Shown here piece after piece: positions 56,531 to 64,000 of a stretch of 64,000 bases of DNA. Below the pieces are notes generated by a model. The model worked only from the letters and a program-made list of their open reading frames with translations, was not told where the DNA came from and did no database searches. Source of the DNA: a virus. The stretch's first letter is position 1. Every line of letters begins with the position of its first letter. Location of the stretch: positions 32,001 to 96,000 of the IMG/VR virus record IMGVR_UViG_3300027659_000014. The stretch is one strand, 5' to 3'. Both the position numbers and the translations under genes were made by a program.

Positions 56531-58960
56531 TTAAGATGAACAACCAAAACATTCAAACTCTGAACTATCCGGTTTTAATGGTAAACCTTCATTTACATGT
56601 TCAAATTTTGGTACTTCTGAGTTAAAATTTATTTTTTCTTTTTTACTTGTGTCCAACGCCAAATGTTTAGCCCCCGTTGAGATTGCCTTTGTTCTTACAT
56701 AATAACAAAGGGTTTTTAAACCTTTTTCCCAAGAATGGAAATGTGATGAGGTAATTTTAGATAATGTAGGACTTGACATATAAATGTTCATTGATTGTGA
56801 TTGATCAATAAATGGGGCTCTATCTGCCGCCATATTAATTAATTCTTTTTGTGATATCTCCCAAATTGTTTTGTATTTAGGTATTAAATGTTCAATTCTT
56901 TTAACTTTTTTATTATAATTTTTGTCATCAGGATCTAAATAGTTATTAAAATTAATATTTTTAATTGATCCTTCATTCATAATAATTTCATTTTTTAAAT
57001 CTTCAGACCATATCCCAATTTTTTCAAAATCAGTAATTAAGTATTTGTTTACAATCATTATTTCACCACCAACAACTCGTCGATTAAATAATGCCGAATG
57101 TGCGGGTTCTGTCATTTCAAATGAACCTGTAATCTTAGCTGAAGACGCTACAGGCATTTGTGCGGTAAATAATGAATTACATACACCATACTGTTTTACA
57201 TCATCTTTTAATGTGTTCCAATCCCAATATCCTGATAAATTATCATCAGTTAATCCCCACATGTCAAATTGAAATATTCTTTTCGACATTGGTGATCCTT
57301 TAAAGAATTTATATGGTTTATATTTATTTTTTTTACATAAATCATTACTCTCGTATATTGCACCATAATATATCGTTTCAAAAATTTGTTTGTTTAATAA
57401 TTTTGCCTCTTCTTCAGTAAAAATCAAATCAAGTAAATAAAAAACATCTGCCAAACCTTGTGTTCCAATAGCAATTGATCTTTGTTCTAACCCCCCTTTT
57501 AATCCTTTTTTAGTTGAGTAACTATTTATATCGATAACTTTGTTTAAAGTTCTCACAACTTTTCTAACTTCATTAAATAATAATTGAAAATCAAATTTAT
57601 TTCCAATAATAAAGTTTTTAAGTACAATAGACGATAGGGTACAAATTGCAGTAGTTTCTTCATCCGTATACTGATATATCTCATTACAAAGATTAGATTG
57701 TTTAATTACTCCAATATTTTGATGATTAGTTTTTCTGTTTGCATTATCTTTGGAACATAGATAAGGAATTCCAGTTTCAATTTGTGATTCAATTATTTTA
57801 GACCATATATCTTGTGCCTTAACTTTCTTACCTAACCCTAAAGAAACAGCTTTATTATAATTTTCCTCATATTCATTACCAAATGATTCTTGTAATGGTT
57901 TAATCCCCGCTTTAATTATATCGTTAGGACATAACAAATACCAATCTTCATTATTTTTAACTGATCTCATAAAGTTGTCAGGAATCCAAAGTGCCGTAAA
58001 TAAATCACGAGCTCTTAATTCTTCAGCACCAGTATTTTTTTTAATTTCCAATAAGTCTATAATATCTTTATGCCAAGGTTCCAAATAAATTGCTGCGGAT
58101 CCAGGTCTACGACCTTGTTGGTTAAAAAACCTTAATGATTCGTTAACAATTTTTAAATACTTCAACAACCCACCAGAGTGTCCACCTGATGTAGATATTC
58201 TACTTTCCTTACTTCTAATGTTAGACATAGATAATCCAATTCCCGCAGCATCTGAAGAGTAAGTTGAAATATCGTTTAATGTGTCCAATAATCCTTGTCT
58301 TGAATCCGAATTATTATAATGTAAAACACAAGAAGCCAATTGAGGTACTTTTGTACCAGAATTAATCATTATTGGTGTTGCTTTAGAAATAAGTTGATTT
58401 GATAATGATTTATAATATTCAATTGCATCTTCAAAAGTATCTGTAACCCATAAGGCAACCCTCATATACATATGCTGTGGTCTTTCAATTACTTTTCCTT
58501 GTGGTGTTTTTAGTAAATACATCTCTTGTAATGATCTCCAAGCAAAATAGTCAAAATTATAATCGTTATTATGGTTTATAATTTCATCAATATTTTTTTC
58601 TCCGTATTTTTGAATTGTTTCCACTAACACATCATTAATAATTCCATGTGAATGTAACTCTGACATTGTTTCTGAAAAACTTGGGTTAGTTTCTTTATGG
58701 TATGAAGAAATTGCAATTGAAGATGCTAATCTTGAGTAATCATGATGACTTCCAGTGTAAGACGCAGCTATCTCATAAATTAATTTATCTAATTCTTTTG
58801 TTGTTATATCACCTTCAGTTGGTACTGAAGTGATAACCTTGATAAAAATCTCATCTGAATTGACACTCAAACCTTTTGCGGATTTTTTAACACGATTGTA
58901 AATTTTTTGTGGGTTAAATGTTACATTATCCCCATCTCTTTTTATTATTTTAAGTGACAT
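56531..58960 (-). CDS. nrdA: Ribonucleotide reductase class Ia alpha subunit
   Basis: ATP-cone IIKRDG, QLASC, QQGRRPG, SNLCNEI, DQSQSMN, LCYYVRT, C-terminal CFGC. Confidence 0.97.
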   Translation of the reverse strand: MSLKIIKRDGDNVTFNPQKIYNRVKKSAKGLSVNSDEIFIKVITSVPTEGDITTKELDKLIYEIAASYTGSHHDYSRLASSIAISSYHKETNPSFSETMSELHSHGIINDVLVETIQKYGEKNIDEIINHNNDYNFDYFAWRSLQEMYLLKTPQGKVIERPQHMYMRVALWVTDTFEDAIEYYKSLSNQLISKATPIMINSGTKVPQLASCVLHYNNSDSRQGLLDTLNDISTYSSDAAGIGLSMSNIRSKESRISTSGGHSGGLLKYLKIVNESLRFFNQQGRRPGSAAIYLEPWHKDIIDLLEIKKNTGAEELRARDLFTALWIPDNFMRSVKNNEDWYLLCPNDIIKAGIKPLQESFGNEYEENYNKAVSLGLGKKVKAQDIWSKIIESQIETGIPYLCSKDNANRKTNHQNIGVIKQSNLCNEIYQYTDEETTAICTLSSIVLKNFIIGNKFDFQLLFNEVRKVVRTLNKVIDINSYSTKKGLKGGLEQRSIAIGTQGLADVFYLLDLIFTEEEAKLLNKQIFETIYYGAIYESNDLCKKNKYKPYKFFKGSPMSKRIFQFDMWGLTDDNLSGYWDWNTLKDDVKQYGVCNSLFTAQMPVASSAKITGSFEMTEPAHSALFNRRVVGGEIMIVNKYLITDFEKIGIWSEDLKNEIIMNEGSIKNINFNNYLDPDDKNYNKKVKRIEHLIPKYKTIWEISQKELINMAADRAPFIDQSQSMNIYMSSPTLSKITSSHFHSWEKGLKTLCYYVRTKAISTGAKHLALDTSKKEKINFNSEVPKFEHVNEGLPLKPDSSEFECFGCSS

Positions 58961-58976
58961 AGTATTTTTTTAATTT

Positions 58977-59924
58977 TTAAAAATCTTCTTCAAACGTAAT
59001 TTTTTCATTTAATTTTGCTTTTTGATATTCCATTGTTCTTGACTCAAAGAAATTACCTTTTGTTTCAACAGCAATTTGTTCCATAAATTTAAATGGTTGG
59101 TCAACATTAAATTCTTTATTACAACCAAATTTTACCAAAAGACCATCTACAACAAATTCCAAATATTGTTTCATTAAATTTGAGTTCATTCCAATCAATG
59201 AAACTGGTAAGGATTCGGTAATAAATTCTTTTTCAATCTCAAGTGCGGATAATAAAATTTCTTTAATTCTTTTTTCTGATGGTTTATTTTCACAATGGTT
59301 ATTTAACAAATGAATTGCAAAATCACAATGTAGATTTTCATCTTTAAAAATTAGAGAATTAGCGTTACATAGTCCTTGCATAATTCCTCTTGACTTTAAC
59401 CAAAAAATAGAACAGAATGAACCTGAAAAGAATATTCCTTCAACTGCCGCAAAAGCAATTAACCTTTCTTGGAAAGATGAATTATCAATCCAGTTTAATG
59501 CCCATTTTGCCTTCTTCTGTACCGCAGGTAGTCTATCAATCGCATTAAAACATTCGTCTTTTTCTTTAGTATCACTAATATATGTGTCAATCAATAATGA
59601 ATACATCAATGAGTGAATGTTTTCCATTGCTAATTGGAATCCGTAAAAGAATTTTGCTTCAGGATATTGTACCTCACGATAAAAATTTTCCGCTAAGTTT
59701 TCATTAACAATACCATCAGATGCTGCGAAAAATGATAATAAATTTTTAACAAAGTATTTTTCATTATCCGTTAGTTTTTCCCAATCACGAATATCATTTG
59801 TTAAATCTACCTCTTCTGCCGTCCAAAATGCTGCTTGATGTTGTTTATAAAATTCCCATATGTCATTATGTTCAATTGGGAATATGACGAATCTTGAGGG
59901 GTTTTCAATTAATATTTTTTCCAT
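58977..59924 (-). CDS. nrdB: Ribonucleotide reductase class Ia beta subunit
   Basis: [49 protein letters not shown]. Confidence 0.97.
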   Translation of the reverse strand: MEKILIENPSRFVIFPIEHNDIWEFYKQHQAAFWTAEEVDLTNDIRDWEKLTDNEKYFVKNLLSFFAASDGIVNENLAENFYREVQYPEAKFFYGFQLAMENIHSLMYSLLIDTYISDTKEKDECFNAIDRLPAVQKKAKWALNWIDNSSFQERLIAFAAVEGIFFSGSFCSIFWLKSRGIMQGLCNANSLIFKDENLHCDFAIHLLNNHCENKPSEKRIKEILLSALEIEKEFITESLPVSLIGMNSNLMKQYLEFVVDGLLVKFGCNKEFNVDQPFKFMEQIAVETKGNFFESRTMEYQKAKLNEKITFEEDF

Positions 59925-59940
59925 TTTATTTAATTATTTT

Positions 59941-61326
59941 TTAATTTTTTTGTTTTTCTTGTCTTTCTTGTCTTTTTTCTAACAATTCTGTTACTCTTTG
60001 TCTTTGTCTTTCTTCTTGTTTTTCTTCTAAACCTAAGAAAGTCATAGAACTCTCGGTGTCAATGTCTAACATTGCATTATCAAATTTACAATTTTCAAAT
60101 ATTACACCGTCATCTCCAACCCTTGATTTTGTAATTGCTATTGTCGCTAATTTCATCTCTTTCTGTTGAAGTGTTTTTGCAACCGTAATAATAACGTGAC
60201 CAACTTGTGCCTTTTTAATTGACCCACCCATTTGATCAGTTGTTACAACCTCAGAAGAAATAGAACTTCTATTACCTTGTGTTGCAGTCCAACCAACTAA
60301 ATTAAGTTCATGACACATAGCTTCAAACCCTCTCATAACAGAACCTTCGCTTTTCCATTCATCACCCAAATTTTTTTCAGGAACAACACAGTCAATATAA
60401 TCTAATAATACCATATCAATCTTTGTTCCTTCAGCAACCATTTTTCTAATTTGATTTTTAATTTGTAAAATAGTTACAGTGTCAGAAGGTAATTTATTCA
60501 TTATTAACTTATTTGGCATTGACTCTTCGATAGTTTTAACTTTTTCTATTACCTCATCCCTTTTTTCAGATAATTCGTCAGGATGAATTTTTGTCCAAAG
60601 AGTAAAATGTTTTCTTTGAATTACCTTTGGGTTATCTTCAAAAAAGATCTGAAGTACGTTGTTTCCTAAGTTAAATGCGTGGTTAGCAATTTTAGTTAAG
60701 ATTGTAGATTTACCCACTCCTGTTGGAGCTAAAATAACTCCAATTTCACCTCTAGCTAAACCACCTTTTAATAGTTTATCGATACCTGGAATTCCCATTG
60801 GTATTGGATGTCTGTAATCATCATCAAGTACTTGATAAATATTAGAAAAAACATCCATAGCATTAGTATTTTTTTCTCCTACTTGTAATGCTCCTCTAAC
60901 TAACTCTTCAAGAGTGTCATAATTTTCAAATTCACCTCCATCAATTATTTTTTGAGCTTTAGTCATGACTTTTTGAAGTTCTTGTTGTTTACAGAATTTC
61001 AAAGCCTTTTCTTGTACAAAATTAACACCGTCAATAGGTGAATCCTTAATTTTTTTAATTGTGTCCAAAACTATTTTAGATGCAATTTCTTGTTGTAATT
61101 CAGATTTAGTAATCTGTTCCAATGTTTCAAATGATGGGGTATGTTCGTATTTTACATAATACTCCTTAATCATTTGAACAATTATTTTAAAGTATTTATT
61201 TTCAAAATAATTGTTTTCTATTACATCAATAATTGACTGTGAAAAGTCTTTATCTAATATGATTTGGTTTAATAATTGTAGTTGAAATACATTACCTAAG
61301 TACTCAAAGTTTTTGTTTGTCGCCAT
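59941..61326 (-). CDS. dnaB: Replicative DnaB-family (gp41-like) helicase
   Basis: Walker A APTGVGKS, LLDYID, WTATQGNR, KSR. Confidence 0.93.
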   Translation of the reverse strand: MATNKNFEYLGNVFQLQLLNQIILDKDFSQSIIDVIENNYFENKYFKIIVQMIKEYYVKYEHTPSFETLEQITKSELQQEIASKIVLDTIKKIKDSPIDGVNFVQEKALKFCKQQELQKVMTKAQKIIDGGEFENYDTLEELVRGALQVGEKNTNAMDVFSNIYQVLDDDYRHPIPMGIPGIDKLLKGGLARGEIGVILAPTGVGKSTILTKIANHAFNLGNNVLQIFFEDNPKVIQRKHFTLWTKIHPDELSEKRDEVIEKVKTIEESMPNKLIMNKLPSDTVTILQIKNQIRKMVAEGTKIDMVLLDYIDCVVPEKNLGDEWKSEGSVMRGFEAMCHELNLVGWTATQGNRSSISSEVVTTDQMGGSIKKAQVGHVIITVAKTLQQKEMKLATIAITKSRVGDDGVIFENCKFDNAMLDIDTESSMTFLGLEEKQEERQRQRVTELLEKRQERQEKQKN

Positions 61327-61356
61327 GTTTTTTTGTTTTGTTAGTAATGATAAATA

Positions 61357-61809
61357 CTATTGGTTTTGATTAAAATTCGGGTAATAATAATTAAAATTTT
61401 TACCTGAAAAAATGTCAGTAAGATCGTTAAGTACACTTTTTAATTGTGGTCGTAGATCTACTGTATACCTTATTTTTGGCGGGTAATGTTTTGCGTTAAA
61501 TGTTCTCTGACATATTGTCATATCACCAATTTTAACATAAACATTAAAATTTTCAGGTCCATCAGTAATTGATGTGTTTAACATATCAGGATTTACACCT
61601 ATTTCGTATTGGTTATCTAACATATAGATAACACTCCTCATTTTTAAATTATTTTTTAATTTATCCGTAAATAAACGAAAATAATCATAAAATTCAACTG
61701 ATTTGTGAGAGTTTTTGTTTAAACCTTTCACATTAAAAAATCTTTGTACGACAATATTGTCATTACACATTAATAAAAATTCTACTTTTGTTACATCTTG
61801 ATCTTTCAT
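61357..61809 (-). CDS. Hypothetical protein (150 aa) in the replication operon
   Basis: ORF between the exonuclease and helicase. Confidence 0.75.
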   Translation of the reverse strand: MKDQDVTKVEFLLMCNDNIVVQRFFNVKGLNKNSHKSVEFYDYFRLFTDKLKNNLKMRSVIYMLDNQYEIGVNPDMLNTSITDGPENFNVYVKIGDMTICQRTFNAKHYPPKIRYTVDLRPQLKSVLNDLTDIFSGKNFNYYYPNFNQNQ

Positions 61810-61818
61810 ACTTTTTTT

Positions 61819-62829
61819 TTAATTTTTGTTTCTAAATTTTGTTTTTTCTTTTCTTGATAATTTTAAAAATGGTTTTAAAAAATTAATCCACACATCATCT
61901 CCTTTTGGGAGGTACTTGAAGAACCCGTCGGTCATCATCATTCTAATTAGGTTTCTATGTCCTCTTCCATCAGGATCCATTGACTCAGAGTAATATTCTC
62001 TAACCATTTTTTTACCATCTTCATCAATTAAAGGTTCTGATAAATCTACGAGTTTTTTATTGATTCTAAAAAAATCATCACCCATAATACCTTCTTTTGT
62101 TTTTCCAATGATTAAATTTCCTAAAACAACATTTTTTTGTTGTTCTTTTAATAGTTGTTCACCTTTTGTTAAAATATCGGTTAAATATATCTTTGAATCA
62201 AGTATTTCAGGAAAAAATTTAATTAAAGTTTTCTCACCCATTAAACTTATTCCATCAATATTATCCGAAGTATCACCAGCAAGGATCTTAAATGTCATAA
62301 CATTATAATGAGGAATCGAACAATTTTTAAATTTAATGTTGTCACCAAATTTATAATACGACTTTAAGTTTGGTGAATAAATTAATACCTTTTCTGAAAT
62401 TAATTGAGTTAAGTCTTTATCACTTGAGAATATCGTTTTCTCTTCATCTAAAGAGATTTGACAGTAATACGCAATAAGATCATCGGCTTCCGAATTTTCA
62501 ATCTCTAATTGTCTAATAAACATCTCTTCAAGATATTGTTTAACTCTTGTTTTTTGTTTGTTAAATGAATCTGTCTTCTCCACATCATTAGGAGAAGATT
62601 TACGATTCATCTTATATTTTGGATATATTAATTTTCTTTGAGATGAGTTTGTGTCACTATCCCAAAAGACCATAACTTTATTAAAATTGGTTTCTTCTAA
62701 GAATTTACGAATTGTGTTAATAAAATGCCAAGTTCCACCAATGTGTTCCCCATTATTATAAAAATCTTTAACTCCGTGAAATCCTATTTTTAATAAATTG
62801 TTACCATCAACAATTAATGTTTTGACCAT
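61819..62829 (-). CDS. 5'-3' exonuclease / flap endonuclease (PolI N-terminal, T4 RNase H-like)
   Basis: LIVDGNN, YKMNR, EADDLIA, SSDKDLTQL, GDTSDNIDGI..MGEKT. Confidence 0.93.
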   Translation of the reverse strand: MVKTLIVDGNNLLKIGFHGVKDFYNNGEHIGGTWHFINTIRKFLEETNFNKVMVFWDSDTNSSQRKLIYPKYKMNRKSSPNDVEKTDSFNKQKTRVKQYLEEMFIRQLEIENSEADDLIAYYCQISLDEEKTIFSSDKDLTQLISEKVLIYSPNLKSYYKFGDNIKFKNCSIPHYNVMTFKILAGDTSDNIDGISLMGEKTLIKFFPEILDSKIYLTDILTKGEQLLKEQQKNVVLGNLIIGKTKEGIMGDDFFRINKKLVDLSEPLIDEDGKKMVREYYSESMDPDGRGHRNLIRMMMTDGFFKYLPKGDDVWINFLKPFLKLSRKEKTKFRNKN

Positions 62830-62860
62830 TTAAATTTTTTAAGTCGTTTGAAAATACTTT

Positions 62861-63844
62861 TTACTCGTCAGAGTCATCATCAGATTCGGCTAAAGAATAA
62901 TCAGAATATCCTAATTTTGTTTCCCAATAATCAGAATAGTCTTTCTTATAATTATCCAAAGATTCTTTTGTGTCTGCAATATAACCTTGTGGTACTGCAA
63001 TTATCTTACCATCTTTATACCCAAGACCATTAACGTGATTCTTTAATATCGAAATCTTAGTTCTAATTGCAAAAGACACTTTTCTACCATTCTTAGTTGC
63101 ATCAATGTGACTAATACCTGCCTTTTTCTGATTACCAAATAAAAACACTAATGATGATGCCAACCATACCGCTTCGCCACCTTTGGCCTTGATTTCAGGT
63201 TGTCCAAATGGATTATCAGGAAGTAACACCCAAGGTTGATTTAAGATCACTAAAGTATTGTAATATGGGTAGTCTTCTTTTTTAGATTTTGAGATTCTTG
63301 AATGAATTCCCATACCAATTTTATCCGCTAATACTTTTGCGTTGTGCATTCCACCACCTTTACCATCAAAAGTCATCTGACAAGGTATACTTCCAATACT
63401 GTCCCACAAAAATAATAAACTATAAGGAATATCTCCCTTTTCTTGAGCGTCAAGAATGTTATTAATAAATTCAGTTGCTTGTTCAATTACATCAAATGAA
63501 TCGTTAAAAATAAACATACCATCATACTCACCAAGTTCGTTTTTTTCCGCCTGTAATCCCAATTCAATAGCATGTTCCCAAGACCATTTTTTCTCAGTAA
63601 TAATAAGAATAGGTAAATGACCTTTTTTCTGAGCGTCAGCTGCTGCAAGGATCATTGCCGTTGTTTTTGAGGTATTTGAATGTCCTAAAAACATATTTAT
63701 ACCACCCATAATAGGGCCAGGTAATCCACATGATCCCATAAAAGCTTCTCCACAATTATAGAAACTTTCTGGTTTGTATTTTGTTTTTGTCGAATATTTA
63801 CCTTTAATTGTTTCTAAAGATATTTCTCTTTTTCTTATCGCCAT
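62861..63844 (-). CDS. recA: RecA/UvsX-like recombinase
   Basis: P-loop GHSNTSKTT, FLWDSIGS, ILNQ, KAKGGEA, KNHVNG. Confidence 0.85.
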   Translation of the reverse strand: MAIRKREISLETIKGKYSTKTKYKPESFYNCGEAFMGSCGLPGPIMGGINMFLGHSNTSKTTAMILAAADAQKKGHLPILIITEKKWSWEHAIELGLQAEKNELGEYDGMFIFNDSFDVIEQATEFINNILDAQEKGDIPYSLLFLWDSIGSIPCQMTFDGKGGGMHNAKVLADKIGMGIHSRISKSKKEDYPYYNTLVILNQPWVLLPDNPFGQPEIKAKGGEAVWLASSLVFLFGNQKKAGISHIDATKNGRKVSFAIRTKISILKNHVNGLGYKDGKIIAVPQGYIADTKESLDNYKKDYSDYWETKLGYSDYSLAESDDDSDE

Positions 63845-63848
63845 TTTA

Positions 63849-64000
63849 TTATAAAATTTCTGAATTATATTTACGAATTTTTTCTAATGACTCAAGTTTA
63901 TCTTGTGCGTTTGCGAATTTTTCAACTAACTTATCCATTTCTTCTAAATGTTGTGGATGTTCACCAATACCAACAGATGAAGTTAAATAAACTAATAACG
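63849..64000 (-). CDS. Small conserved phage protein with VGIGEHP motif (5' end off window)
   Basis: Hand translation ...LLVYLTSSVGIGEHPQHLEEMDKLVEKFANAQDKLESLEKIRKYNSEIL*. Confidence 0.8.
   Translation of the reverse strand, partial: LLVYLTSSVGIGEHPQHLEEMDKLVEKFANAQDKLESLEKIRKYNSEIL

Larger units (their letters stand above)
1..64000. mobile_element. Segment of a large/jumbo myovirus-type bacteriophage genome, probable Bacteroidota host
   Basis: T4 gp6/gp25-like baseplate genes, gp41-like helicase, gp46/47-like SbcCD, primase, RNR, UvsX-like recombinase, many small ORFans, tight gene packing; no ribosomal or cell-envelope housekeeping operons. Confidence 0.93.

Noticed and set aside
56531-63844. 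Inteins or group I introns in nrdA, nrdB, dnaB or recA
   Set aside because: All ORFs are uninterrupted and of normal length; no intein or homing-endonuclease motifs seen
1087-63990. Many short opposite-strand or nested ORFs in the track (e.g. 1087..1329, 7378..7899, 23029..23376, 30170..30469, 53164..53574, 63808..63990)
   Set aside because: Shadows of real genes in AT-rich DNA; F/S/I/L-biased translations with no motifs
1-64000. Stop-codon reassignment
   Set aside because: Code 11 gives full-length conserved genes and near-complete coding density

Overview
A 64-kb piece of a very AT-rich, gene-dense large (probably jumbo) myovirus-type phage genome, standard genetic code, mostly encoded on the minus strand. 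The host is inferred to be a Bacteroidota (Flavobacteria-like) bacterium from TAnnTTTG promoter elements, a short Bacteroidota-type primary sigma factor, SprB repeats, an Hc1-like protein and the lack of Shine-Dalgarno sites. From left to right: a partial type II glutamine synthetase; acidic and LRR-containing putative head proteins; thioredoxin and glutaredoxin; DUF932; an adenine methyltransferase; DnaJ; a late cluster with an amidase-fold protein and spanin-like membrane proteins; a sigma factor; SbcCD; a PD-(D/E)XK nuclease; primase; RuvC; about 27 kb of tail-fibre/baseplate genes; NrdAB; DnaB helicase; a 5'-3' exonuclease; RecA/UvsX. Best leads: (1) a plant HPAT/SERGT-like (GT95/GT96) protein O-glycosyltransferase embedded among virion genes rich in Pro-Thr/Thr repeats, suggesting virion glycosylation; (2) an unannotated ~105-nt RNA with two predicted pseudoknots, between a Zn-ribbon gene and a convergent putative RNase; (3) a sense-strand TATTTAT motif upstream of at least 15 genes, often paired with a shared N-terminal helix ending in I/L-x-E (possible capsid-targeting tag); (4) apparently catalytically dead MetK-like and amidase-like proteins. 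All family assignments come from motif recognition by eye; no searches were run.
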